Shown: positions 41,336-50,115, numbered from the stretch's first letter. The stretch: DNA of 58,650 nucleotides from Pseudomonadota bacterium (GCA_043809315.1 JAZDDX010000021.1:1-58650), one strand, 5' to 3'. Numbers and translations: made by a program. The notes: generated from the letters alone by a model not told the origin.

Positions 41336-43297
41336 TTACGGAATCGTTCTTCGTTCCCTGAGGGAGCGGAGATTCACGGCGGTGATACTCAGTGCCCCCT
41401 CGTGAATCAGGTACGCCGTCGGGTAGTTGGAGCCGTGGGGGGTAAAGATGGCCGCTTTTCGGGCGAGCCGGGCGTTTGAAATCGGCGGGATCGGATCGAT
41501 CCCTTCGGTGGTAACGAACGTGAAAAAGTCCCCGCGCGTTGTCGGCTGGGTGCGCGATCCGCGGATCGTCAACGCGGCGGCCCCTTCGTCACTCACGTAC
41601 GGGGTCTGCTCTTTCGCCCGCTCCTTCTGAACGCCCGACTGCGATCCGACGACGAGGTAACTCCCGGCCGGACGGATTCCGATCGTCTGACTTCCCTGCC
41701 CGGTTGCCCCCGAAGCAAGGGCAAGCCGTCCTTCGCTCGCCACGGATGCAACAGTAATCTCCTCTCCGGTAGCGCGGATGACAACGAGGTCGCCGGCCAC
41801 GACGCCCCAGGTTTGAAACGCTGCCGTGGCACCCGTGAGCTGGTTTCCAGTGATCTCGACTGAGAGTCCTTCGGAAGCGGGAATCACCCCCTCGTACGTC
41901 AGCTGCCAACGTTCGCTCCGGGTGACGTCATCCCGGGTCGTCACCGAGATCAGTTGCGGAGCTGAAACCGCCCCTTGATCGAAGAATTGGATCCCGGAAT
42001 ATCTCGATTGTGTTGTCCCTTCCGTTACGTTGGCGTCGATCCGGGTCCGTGTGGCCGCATTGAGAACGTCCGCCGTTCCCTGCAACGTCGGGATCAGGGC
42101 GTATGGCGTCGAATCTAGCGTGTAAGGCACGAAGGCCGATCCGAAATAGCTCAGCCGGATTGGGGAGAGTACGCCACCGGTCGGATCGAACGGCAGCGCC
42201 ATCCGATCTTCCGAGGAAAGGAGATAGAAGATCTTTCCTGCCGGATCGTATCCGACGGCACGGCTCTTGGCGGAGGAGGAGAACACCGCAACCGGGAACG
42301 GTGCCGATGCAGTTACGTCGAAAAACGTCGGGGCCGCCGAGTTCGAAATGTAGAGATGACCGTCCCCGATCGCCGCACCGCTGGGTACGACCGGCTTCCC
42401 CGATCCGTCGATCAACGGAACGACGGCCGAGATGGCGAAGGTAGCGAGATCGATAACGACGACCGAGGGTGGATTTGCCGCCGTCGGATCGAGGGTCACA
42501 GCGTACAGAAAGGTCCCATCCGACTGGAGCGCGATCGGTTGCCCGGCGACGGCGCGGAGATCGATCGGACTTGCGACAGTCGTTCCGAACTCGAACCGAT
42601 CCCCATTGTTGGTCTTCAATCCTCCGGCGGTGATCGTGAACGAGATCGCTCCGTCGTCGGAGAGGTAGGCGGTCCCCTCTTTGGCTCGAGCGGTCTGGAT
42701 CCCCGACTTCGAGCCGGTCACCCGATATCCATCCGAGGAGGAAAGAAATTCGACAAACCAGTACTCGGTCTTTGCGACCGAGGGGTCGACGATGATCTCC
42801 GCGAGCGACGGGTTGGAGACCGCTCCGGTGTCGCGAAACAGCGGACGACCCGCGAGGCCGGCCGCGGTCGCGCCGAGCGCGACGGGGGAATGCTCGAGAA
42901 CGTTCTTCTGGGGATCGGCTGGAGGGACGGCGTCGAACGCCACAATCCGAGAACCGTCCTGGTCTGCCACGAAGATCCGTGGCGGAAACCCGACCCGATC
43001 CTGGAGCACGAGAGCCGACGGACGCCCGCCGACCGGTACACAGGTGTCGGGGAAGCTGGGGTTGGCATCGGTATCGACGATCGTGTCGGTTTGTTGGTCG
43101 ACGACGGTCAGGCCGCGTGTGTAAGCATCGACGACGTAGACGAATCGGGCGGTTCTCCCTGCATACGCTACGTCGGAGGTCGAGGCGGCGATGTCGGACG
43201 GGTCGTGAAAGAGGGAAAAAGTCGGAGGGCCGCTGCTGCAGGCCGTGAATAGAAGGGACAGCGCCGGCAGGAAAACGATGGCGGATCGTCTCCTCAT
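41336..43297 (-). CDS. Beta-propeller-type lipoprotein with an internally duplicated module
   Basis: Lipobox FTAC; YncE-like blades; two copies of F.D.GAVS.P.L...E.W...GS.SG.Q..RAKE.T.Y.SD.G...TI.....GD.F.F.TT. Confidence 0.75.
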   Translation of the reverse strand: MRRRSAIVFLPALSLLFTACSSGPPTFSLFHDPSDIAASTSDVAYAGRTARFVYVVDAYTRGLTVVDQQTDTIVDTDANPSFPDTCVPVGGRPSALVLQDRVGFPPRIFVADQDGSRIVAFDAVPPADPQKNVLEHSPVALGATAAGLAGRPLFRDTGAVSNPSLAEIIVDPSVAKTEYWFVEFLSSSDGYRVTGSKSGIQTARAKEGTAYLSDDGAISFTITAGGLKTNNGDRFEFGTTVASPIDLRAVAGQPIALQSDGTFLYAVTLDPTAANPPSVVVIDLATFAISAVVPLIDGSGKPVVPSGAAIGDGHLYISNSAAPTFFDVTASAPFPVAVFSSSAKSRAVGYDPAGKIFYLLSSEDRMALPFDPTGGVLSPIRLSYFGSAFVPYTLDSTPYALIPTLQGTADVLNAATRTRIDANVTEGTTQSRYSGIQFFDQGAVSAPQLISVTTRDDVTRSERWQLTYEGVIPASEGLSVEITGNQLTGATAAFQTWGVVAGDLVVIRATGEEITVASVASEGRLALASGATGQGSQTIGIRPAGSYLVVGSQSGVQKERAKEQTPYVSDEGAAALTIRGSRTQPTTRGDFFTFVTTEGIDPIPPISNARLARKAAIFTPHGSNYPTAYLIHEGALSITAVNLRSLRERRTIP

Positions 43298-44505
43298 TCG
43301 ATCGTTCCCAGCAGGTCCCCGGTCGTCAAATCGAGGAGCGTGATGTTGTTCGAGAGAAAGTTGAGAACGTATAACACGCCGTTCGCGTCTCGCGTCGGCT
43401 CACGGACGAGCCTCGACGGGGCGCTCCCCGGGATCGCGATCTTCCGAAGAAGCGCGCGGGTCGTCGTGTCGATCACGCTCACGCTGTTGTCCCCTTCATT
43501 GGAAACAAAGATCTTCGTTTCGTCCTTCGAGAGCGCGACCCCTTCCGGATCTTTTCCGACGAGGATCAGGTCGACCACCTTGGGATCGATGACTTTGTAA
43601 TCGTTCCCATCGTCCCGGATCCCGGCGACGTCGAGGACGACGACCGCGTTCAGGGCGCGCTGGACGATGTAGGCGAGGCCGTTCTGCGCGACGGCCATTC
43701 CGCGGGTTCCGGGGGAAGCGGCGATCGCACTGAGATCGACCATCCCCTCCACCTTCAGATCTTTCGGGTCGAAGACATAGATGTCGCTCGTGCGGGTCGA
43801 AGTGATGAAATAGAGGGTTCCGTCCGCCGTGGGAACGAGTTCATTCGCGCCGAGGCCCGGCCTGCTTTCTTTGATTCGGAAGTTGGCGGCCGAAAAGAGG
43901 ATCAGGCCGTTGAGCAGCCCGTCTTCGGGGTTAAGGTCGATCGGGGCGAGCGTCGCCGCCGGAACGACGGTCACGCTCCCCGAAAGGTTGTTCGTCGCGA
44001 TCAGAAGATCCCCCGAGGGGGTTCCCGGGACGAACGTGACATCGAACGGGTTGCTGTCCGCCATGATCGCATTTGCGATCGTACCGCTCGGCCCGCGATT
44101 CTGAGGGGTCGGGGCATCGACCGCCGAGAACGAGATCGCGGTCGAGGTTCCGGGAATAGAGTACGAATATACGAGAATCGCGTCGTCCCCGCGGTCGGCG
44201 ATGTAGATCCGCGGTCGGCTTGGATCGGTGTCGACCGCCATCTTTCCGGCGAAGTTGGGGATCGGGATCGCGGTATCGGGTAGGAGCTTCCGATTGGCCA
44301 GATCGACTGGCATGAGCGATCCGGCCACCTGGGTTAAGCCCACGTTCGCACTGGCCACCACCGCAAGGTTGTTCCCGACGAACGCCATCGAAACCGGATT
44401 ATTGAGGCGCGCTTGCCCGCCCGGAACGATCAAGGGGGCCTCTGTACAGGCGACGCAGGCCGCAGCTAGCATCCAGACCATCGGAAATCTTTGTCGGGTG
44501 AACAT
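43294..44505 (-). CDS. YncE/YVTN-family beta-propeller lipoprotein
   Basis: Lipobox CVAC; VGKDPEGVALSKD..KIFVSNEGDNSVSVIDT (YVTN-type blade); ATGA overlap with the next gene. Confidence 0.8.
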   Translation of the reverse strand: MFTRQRFPMVWMLAAACVACTEAPLIVPGGQARLNNPVSMAFVGNNLAVVASANVGLTQVAGSLMPVDLANRKLLPDTAIPIPNFAGKMAVDTDPSRPRIYIADRGDDAILVYSYSIPGTSTAISFSAVDAPTPQNRGPSGTIANAIMADSNPFDVTFVPGTPSGDLLIATNNLSGSVTVVPAATLAPIDLNPEDGLLNGLILFSAANFRIKESRPGLGANELVPTADGTLYFITSTRTSDIYVFDPKDLKVEGMVDLSAIAASPGTRGMAVAQNGLAYIVQRALNAVVVLDVAGIRDDGNDYKVIDPKVVDLILVGKDPEGVALSKDETKIFVSNEGDNSVSVIDTTTRALLRKIAIPGSAPSRLVREPTRDANGVLYVLNFLSNNITLLDLTTGDLLGTIE

Positions 44506-44558
44506 GAAAGGGTGCGCCGTTTACGGGGTCGCCACCCTAACGAAAAGAGGGCGTTAGC

Positions 44559-45104
44559 TCAAGGAGTAACGATTCTCGGGTCGATCCAAAGGGCCGACGA
44601 GGAAAGGGCGGAATGGCCCGGCGAGGAGACGGCGAGGATCAACAGGACCGCCCGGCCTCGGAACGCGGAAAGATCGACAGTGAAGTCGTTCGGTTCCCCT
44701 CCCGGAGCGGCAACGACATCGGCCAGTTGAGGGAACGTGCTCCCGTCCTGGACGTACGCCGTGAAGCGCACGGCGGCCGTACTTCCGGGAACGAGGCCGA
44801 CACGGGCCGAGAACGCGACCGAATCCTGATCGGGGACGTCGACCGTAAAAACGCCGTTGACGTAGGTGGAGCCGTCTCCCGGGGGAACGACGAGAATCGT
44901 GCTCCCGGTATCGGTCAACGACGCCAGGTTGGGGTGATCGCCGTTTTCGGCGTACCAGACCGCCTCGGTCAGACGATCGGAGAAACCGGCGGGGTCGTTC
45001 TGGGGCGGAAGCGTAGCCGCGGCTCCGCAAGCTGCAACGATCGGCAGAAGAAGAGAGACCGAAAAGCGGCGGGCGAAAGAACAAGGCATCGGGATCAAAG
45101 ACAT
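44559..45104 (-). CDS. Hypothetical lipoprotein (beta-sandwich, NPCBM-like, tentative)
   Basis: Lipobox VAAC; VDLSAFRGRAVLLIL...ALWIDPRI; start at 45104 or 45089. Confidence 0.6.
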   Translation of the reverse strand: MSLIPMPCSFARRFSVSLLLPIVAACGAAATLPPQNDPAGFSDRLTEAVWYAENGDHPNLASLTDTGSTILVVPPGDGSTYVNGVFTVDVPDQDSVAFSARVGLVPGSTAAVRFTAYVQDGSTFPQLADVVAAPGGEPNDFTVDLSAFRGRAVLLILAVSSPGHSALSSSALWIDPRIVTP

Positions 45105-45205
45105 TATATCCTCTCCCCCCCTTTTTCGCCATTTTCCCCGATTATGGGTTGCACACGACGCCATAGACGGGTAAATACCCCCTCCTTAAAAGGGAGGTAT
45201 ATCAA

Positions 45206-45724
45206 ATGCTTAAAGTCGGTCAGCCGGCCCCCCATTTCGAGGGACAGGCGTATTGGAACGGTAGCTTCAAGGATGTCTCGCTGAAGAACTACAAGGGGAA
45301 GTGGGTGGTTCTGTTCTTCTACCCTCTCGACTTCACCTTCGTATGCCCGACGGAACTCCGGGCGTTCGCTGCGGACGAGAAGAGCTTCAAGGATGCCGGA
45401 GCGCAGGTCATCGCCTGCAGCACCGACAGCGTCTTTTCGCACAAGGCATGGTTCGAGCAGGATCTCAAAGAAGTTCAGTACCCGGTGATCGCCGACTACA
45501 CGAAGACGATTAGCCGCTCGTTCGATGTTCTGAACGAGGAGAAAGGGTTCGCAAATCGAGGCGTCTTTATCATCGATCCGGAAGGGATCGTGAAGTACGC
45601 TTCGGTCAACGACACCAGTGTCGGCCGGAGTACCGAGGAAATCCTTCGGGTCCTCCAAGGGACGCAATCGGGTGAAATGTGTCCGGCGAACTGGAAGCCG
45701 GGGCAGAAGTACCTGAAGAAGTAG
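45206..45724 (+). CDS. ahpC: Typical 2-Cys peroxiredoxin (AhpC/Prx1)
   Basis: FFYPLDFTFVCPTE, RGVFIIDP.G, GRS..E.LR, CPANW; GGGAGG RBS. Confidence 0.95.
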   Translation: MLKVGQPAPHFEGQAYWNGSFKDVSLKNYKGKWVVLFFYPLDFTFVCPTELRAFAADEKSFKDAGAQVIACSTDSVFSHKAWFEQDLKEVQYPVIADYTKTISRSFDVLNEEKGFANRGVFIIDPEGIVKYASVNDTSVGRSTEEILRVLQGTQSGEMCPANWKPGQKYLKK

Positions 45725-45732
45725 TCGAGCGG

Positions 45733-45808
45733 GCCACCCTAGCTCAGTTGGTAGAGCAGCTGATTCGTAATCAGCAGGTCCCCGGTTCGAATCCGGGGGG
45801 TGGCTCCA
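45733..45808 (+). tRNA. tRNA-Thr(CGT)
   Basis: GCCACCC/GGGTGGC stem, GCTGA-TTCGTAA-TCAGC anticodon arm, GGTTCGAATCC, CCA; 76 nt. Confidence 0.96.
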
Positions 45809-45815
45809 GAAGATC

Positions 45816-46328
45816 TCAGAGTCGAACGGCCATTCCGAGTGAGACGATCACCGGGATGGCCGTTTTGCTTGTGCCGAAGAGAAGAATTTCCGCTCCTCCG
45901 CGTGCCACGAGATCCAAGTTGCCTCGGCCGACCCGTGCGAGCGGATAATGAAGTTCGACTCCCGCGCTGACGCCGTAGAGAAGATCACTCGTGCCGGCCT
46001 GGGAATAATAAACGAGAGGGAACCCCCCGTAGACCGCCGTTCGCAACGCACCGATCCGAGGCCACCCGACGATGTGAACGAAAGTCGGCGTGGCCGAGAA
46101 CAAGCGGCCATGACGGAATCCGGTTTCGAGGTTCAGCCCCAGGTCGGCGGTCGGCCAGACGGGGTACCGGACGTCGATTCCCGCCCGGGTCTGATCGGGG
46201 AAGTTGTGGGTGCCGAATGCCAGACCGCCGTGGGGGATCAAGGTGATCGGTGCTCGCGCTTCGGCCTCCCAGGCTCCGAAAGCGGCCAGAAGAAGGATAA
46301 GACAGGCTGAGACACGTCGGGGGCGCAA
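45816..46328 (-). CDS. Small outer-membrane beta-barrel-like hypothetical protein
   Basis: Signal peptide (AEA); alternating amphipathic strands; C-terminal LGMAVRL. Confidence 0.6.
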   Translation of the reverse strand: MRPRRVSACLILLLAAFGAWEAEARAPITLIPHGGLAFGTHNFPDQTRAGIDVRYPVWPTADLGLNLETGFRHGRLFSATPTFVHIVGWPRIGALRTAVYGGFPLVYYSQAGTSDLLYGVSAGVELHYPLARVGRGNLDLVARGGAEILLFGTSKTAIPVIVSLGMAVRL

Positions 46329-46457
46329 GATAAGTGCCTAAGATCCTTATGTTCTTTCCGAAAAAAGTCCAGATTTAGTTCGAAAGTGACCTCTCAGGGG
46401 GGCGGGCGATGTTAAACTAACAAATGTTATCTAATTGATACTATTGAGATTTGTCAT

Positions 46458-46473
46458 TGGCACACCTTTCGCT
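46458..46473 (+). promoter_or_regulatory. Putative sigma54 promoter of the lytic transglycosylase
   Basis: TGGCAC-ACCTT-TCGCT (GG-N10-GC) preceded by an AT-rich tract. Confidence 0.6.
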
Positions 46474-46542
46474 CTCTTTAGAATATCGGAGGGGGGGTTT
46501 GACGCGGCAAGCCTCGTTTGCTAAAGAAGCCCCCATAGAGAC

Positions 46543-47277
46543 ATGTCGATTGCGATCTCAAATAAGCGCCGGTTAGGGGTGCAGAGTGGAGCCACAGGAT
46601 GGCTCCTCTACCTTGCCCTCTGGTCGGTCTTCCTCGGCTCCTTCTACGGGGCCTACCGCTTCCACCAGCTGAGTCTGGAAGCAGACGCGGAGATCTCCCC
46701 GATCGAGGGGGGGATCAGCTCCTACGACGCGATCATTCAGCGGTATGCCCGGAAGAACGGCATGGATTGGCGTCTGATGGCTTCGATTATCTCGGTCGAG
46801 TCGTCGTTTCAGCGGACGGCGGTTTCGTCCAAAGGGGCCCTGGGGCTGATGCAGATCATGCCTTCGGTGGCGATGGAACAGAGGACGGAGTTTTCGACCC
46901 ATCCGGAAAAGAACATCCAGGCAGGGATCGCTCACTTCGCAGCCAAGCTTCGGAAGATCCGTGGGACGACCCGGTGGGACACGATCCGTCTGTCGCTGGC
47001 GGCCTACAACGTGGGCTTAGGGCATCTCCGGGATGCACAGAACCTGGCGATCGAAAACCACTTGAGCCCCCGGAAATGGGAAAACGTGGCCCGGATGCTG
47101 CCGCTTCTGGAGGACCCGACCTATTTCGAGAAGGCACAATACGGCTACTGCGAGGGGAGTTCCGTGGTCGACTATGTCGCCAAGGTCCTCGACCGGTTCG
47201 CCTTCTACCGTTCGATGTACTCGCGGCGCGTGGTCCAGGTGACTCAATCGGACGCCTCGCCGGTTCCGCGGACGTAG
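46543..47277 (+). CDS. Membrane-anchored lytic transglycosylase (SLT, MltF-like catalytic domain)
   Basis: DWRLMAS...VESSF, GALGLMQIMP, LAAYNVG.GHL.DA, YGYC.G; N-terminal TM. Confidence 0.92.
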   Translation: MSIAISNKRRLGVQSGATGWLLYLALWSVFLGSFYGAYRFHQLSLEADAEISPIEGGISSYDAIIQRYARKNGMDWRLMASIISVESSFQRTAVSSKGALGLMQIMPSVAMEQRTEFSTHPEKNIQAGIAHFAAKLRKIRGTTRWDTIRLSLAAYNVGLGHLRDAQNLAIENHLSPRKWENVARMLPLLEDPTYFEKAQYGYCEGSSVVDYVAKVLDRFAFYRSMYSRRVVQVTQSDASPVPRT

Positions 47278-47324
47278 ACGAAACGGATAAGGCTTGATAG
47301 GAATTCGCCCTCTTTTTCCACCGT

Positions 47325-47400
47325 GGGGCTGTAGCTCAGCTGGGAGAGCGCCTCGTTCGCAACGAGGAGGTCGTCGGTTCGAACCCGATCAGCTCCACCA
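47325..47400 (+). tRNA. tRNA-Ala(CGC)
   Basis: GGGGCTG/CAGCTCC stem with G3:U70, CCTCG-TTCGCAA-CGAGG arm, GGTTCGAACCC, CCA; 76 nt. Confidence 0.97.
47371..47400 (+). repeat. att-like direct repeat, copy 1 (tRNA-Ala 3' end)
   Basis: TCGTCGGTTCGAACCCGATCAGCTCCACCA; 29/30 identical to 48059-48088. Confidence 0.95.
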
Positions 47401-47442
47401 ATTTGGGGACACACGACTGGACCCGGTGCTATTCTGCAAGAT

Positions 47443-47619
47443 GTGAAGACGCCGGAGATCGACATCTCTCTTCTAGAAGCGGGTCTGTCTCTGACTCCCG
47501 AGGAACGTCTTAGCCAACACCAAGAGGCCTTGAATCTTCTCGAGGCCCTCATCAAAGCCAGAACCGAGATTGCCGATGGCAGATCTAAACCGACTTCTCC
47601 AACGACTTCTCGATCGTAA
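47443..47619 (+). CDS. 58-aa putative antitoxin/partner protein
   Basis: Not in ORF track. GTG start gives MKTPEIDISLLEAGLSLTPEERLSQHQEALNLLEALIKARTEIADGRSKPTSPTTSRS; overlaps the nucleotidyltransferase start. Confidence 0.7.
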   Translation: MKTPEIDISLLEAGLSLTPEERLSQHQEALNLLEALIKARTEIADGRSKPTSPTTSRS

Positions 47620-48058
47620 GTTCGAGTTCGTATTGGTCGGTGGCTTTGCCGGAGTTCTTCACGGCGCCTCCCAGGTCACGCGCGACATCGACATTTGCAT
47701 GGCGCTGGATCCGTCGATAATCGGTCAGTTGAGATCCGAGTTGGCTGATCTCCATCCAGTTCACCGGCAAACCCCGCAAAAGCTGTCGTTTCTCGACCAT
47801 CCGACCGGACTTGCGACCGTCCGGAATCTCTATCTTCAGACCGATCTCGGTCCGCTCGACATCCTGTCGGAGATCATCGGCGTGGGGCCGTTTGACGTCG
47901 TGGCTTCCGGTGCTACGACGATTTTCTTGTATGGAATGAAATGTCTCGTGATTGGGCTTGATGACCTGATCGCCTCGAAAGAGGCCTTGGGGCGCGACCG
48001 GGATCGTCTCGCCGTCACGGAGTTGCGAGCGATTCGTGACAAGATTCAGAAGTCCTAA
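47576..48058 (+). CDS. Nucleotidyltransferase (DUF6036/AbiEii-like, pol-beta superfamily)
   Basis: VLVGGFAGVLHG...TRDID, G.LDI, LIASK.ALGR.RD motifs. Confidence 0.85.
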   Translation: MADLNRLLQRLLDRKFEFVLVGGFAGVLHGASQVTRDIDICMALDPSIIGQLRSELADLHPVHRQTPQKLSFLDHPTGLATVRNLYLQTDLGPLDILSEIIGVGPFDVVASGATTIFLYGMKCLVIGLDDLIASKEALGRDRDRLAVTELRAIRDKIQKS

Positions 48059-48088
48059 TCGTTGGTTCGAACCCGATCAGCTCCACCA
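48059..48088 (+). repeat. att-like direct repeat, copy 2
   Basis: TCGTTGGTTCGAACCCGATCAGCTCCACCA, starting immediately after the NTase stop codon. Confidence 0.95.
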
Positions 48089-48130
48089 TTTCTGTCTTCT
48101 TCGCAATGCCTAAGGACTGCGACAGGTTCT

Positions 48131-48976
48131 TCATCCGCACGCTCCATCACGAGTTGCTACGCAGTCTGCCACTTCTGTAATGGTATTCTTGCTAGGACTG
48201 CAACCTGTAGTTTTTTGCGTAACGTTACATGAAACCTTGGAAGCCCCGTTCTTATCCGTCACTTGCACGCAGAGAGTAGAACAGGATGCGTCGATAGCTC
48301 CACCCCCTGAGCCTCTCCCGACGATCACGGGTCCGTTACCTCCATCCACAAGTACATCATACGGCATCTCGATCGAGCTTTTGGAGACCCCACAGCCATC
48401 GGCTGATGCTTGATGGCCCTCGATAGAGAACGTCATATTCAGACAGGAATAAATGTAATTGGGAGTTTCATGCTGCTCTCCAAAAACAATTGCTCCTCCT
48501 GCATTGTTGAATGAAAAGGGTACCGCGGGACAGTTGAGGCTATTTGAATCAAAACTGAACGTGTCACGAACGTCACCGCTTGTGGCCGTCACCGTGCCGA
48601 ATCCTGTACAGGTATCCAGAACTTCACCCGACAAATAATCGGCCACTTTCAAGAAGCCTTGATCGCTCACGCATTTGACGTCCACCGTTTCTTCCTTCTG
48701 ATCCGCCGTTCTTGTAATGCACTGATCAAGAGGAGTTGGAATTGGTTCGTTCGACTTGGGCCATGGGATCACGTAGATCTCTCCCGTGGCAATACGTTCG
48801 GCGTTCAATACGGCCAAGAAACGGTTGATTGCGTCTGTTGCGTTTATTGCGGTCAGTTCCCCGCTTGGTGACCGAAATTCCGGATCTACGTTGGTTGGAT
48901 CACGTACGTCCAATCCGCCGCGGCCGCAGCCAACTATCGCCAAGCTGATAAAGAACATCATGACGTTTGTTTTCAT
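48131..48976 (-). CDS. Cys-rich hypothetical lipoprotein (lower GC)
   Basis: Start revised to ATG 48976 (GGAAGG RBS); lipobox IVGC; 12 further Cys; many A/T-ending codons. Confidence 0.75.
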   Translation of the reverse strand: MKTNVMMFFISLAIVGCGRGGLDVRDPTNVDPEFRSPSGELTAINATDAINRFLAVLNAERIATGEIYVIPWPKSNEPIPTPLDQCITRTADQKEETVDVKCVSDQGFLKVADYLSGEVLDTCTGFGTVTATSGDVRDTFSFDSNSLNCPAVPFSFNNAGGAIVFGEQHETPNYIYSCLNMTFSIEGHQASADGCGVSKSSIEMPYDVLVDGGNGPVIVGRGSGGGAIDASCSTLCVQVTDKNGASKVSCNVTQKTTGCSPSKNTITEVADCVATRDGACG

Positions 48977-49032
48977 GGACGTTCGCCTTCCATCCAATCC
49001 GGGGTCACGCCGAGCCAAAGCCCTTGGGTTCA

Positions 49033-49155
49033 TCATGCTTGCGCCTTCATGAGGTAAGAGTCCTTTAGTTTTAGATACAGAAGCACGATCAGTGCTGCCA
49101 AAGTCGCGGCGGCGATTCCGATCAGACCGATGATGATCGAGGATAATCGTTTCAT
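49033..49155 (-). CDS. 40-aa single-TM small protein
   Basis: GGAGGA RBS; MKRLSSIIIGLIGIAAATLAALIVLLYLKLKDSYLMKAQA. Confidence 0.6.
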   Translation of the reverse strand: MKRLSSIIIGLIGIAAATLAALIVLLYLKLKDSYLMKAQA

Positions 49156-49256
49156 CGGCTTCCTCCAATCGCAGTTTGATCCGAACCACAGAATAACAGC
49201 GTCGCCAGAAGAACAAGAATGATTCCGAAAAGCGCGTCGATCATGAACTTGGGTAG

Positions 49257-49272
49257 AGCACGTTGCGTGCCA
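49257..49272 (-). promoter_or_regulatory. Putative sigma54 promoter
   Basis: TGGCAC-GCAAC-GTGCT (GG-N10-GC) upstream of the 40-aa ORF. Confidence 0.65.
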
Positions 49273-49395
49273 CTCCCTTCCCCGCACGAAATCGTGTCAG
49301 GGGAACGGTTCCTGACACGCGAGGTGTCAGGTTCGCCGTCAGCCTACCCCGCCTCATTGACTCCCTCCCCTTTCGTGGTAGACCGGCGCGCGGGA

Positions 49396-50115
49396 ATGTC
49401 ATTGCCTTGGTCGAAAATCGAGGTTCCCCGGGGATCGATCATTTTCGTCGGGAATTTCGGAAGCGGAAAGACCGAGGTAGCGATCAACTTCGCCCGATAT
49501 GTCCGCCAGCAGGGGGAGAGCCCCGTTCACGTCATCGACCTCGACGTCGTCAACCCATACTTCCGTTCGCGCGAAGCGATCCACGTTCTTGCGAAAGAAG
49601 GGATCTCGGTGATCGCGCCGACCGGGGAAAAGTTCTATGCCGACCTTCCGATCGTCGTCCCGGAGGTTCGGAGCCTTCTTCTAACATCCAAAGGACGCGT
49701 CATCCTCGACGTCGGCGGAGATGACCTCGGCGCGACGGTTCTGGCTTCGATTCGCGACGCCATCCCCGATGGCTCGTATCAACTTTGGATCGTCTTGAAC
49801 GCCCGTCGTCCGTTCACCGACACCATCGAAGGCTCCCTGAAGATGATTCAACAGATCGAAACCGCCAGCAAATTGAAGGTGACCGGTATCGTTTCCAACA
49901 CCCATCTCTTGCACGACACCACGCCGGAGATCGTCGGCGAGGGAGTTAAGATGGCGCGGGAGGTCGCGGAGCGCCTCTCCCTCCCCGTTCCGTTCGTTGC
50001 AGTCGCGGAAAAAATCGTTCAATCTGTGGGATCGGAATCGGGCGGTCTGCCGGTTCTGCCTTTGCGGTTGACCATGCGTCGGCCGTGGGAGAAGGAAGGG
50101 AGCGCGGGTGCCTAG
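49396..50115 (+). CDS. P-loop NTPase (MinD/ParA/CobQ-like) associated with 2-oxoacid oxidoreductase
   Basis: GNFGSGKTE, DLDVVNPYFRSRE, ADLP, DVGGDD.GA, N..RPFT, SNTHL; start revised to ATG 49396. Confidence 0.85.
   Translation: MSLPWSKIEVPRGSIIFVGNFGSGKTEVAINFARYVRQQGESPVHVIDLDVVNPYFRSREAIHVLAKEGISVIAPTGEKFYADLPIVVPEVRSLLLTSKGRVILDVGGDDLGATVLASIRDAIPDGSYQLWIVLNARRPFTDTIEGSLKMIQQIETASKLKVTGIVSNTHLLHDTTPEIVGEGVKMAREVAERLSLPVPFVAVAEKIVQSVGSESGGLPVLPLRLTMRRPWEKEGSAGA

Larger units (their letters stand above)
47376..48088. mobile_element. Miniature tRNA-integrated islet without integrase
   Basis: Bounded by the duplicated tRNA-Ala 3' end; contains only two ORFs. Confidence 0.8.

Noticed and set aside
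44509-44565. Two small hairpins and GGGCGTTAGCTCA resembling a tRNA 5' end
   Set aside because: No anticodon or T arm follows and it overlaps a stop codon; probably ordinary intergenic structure.
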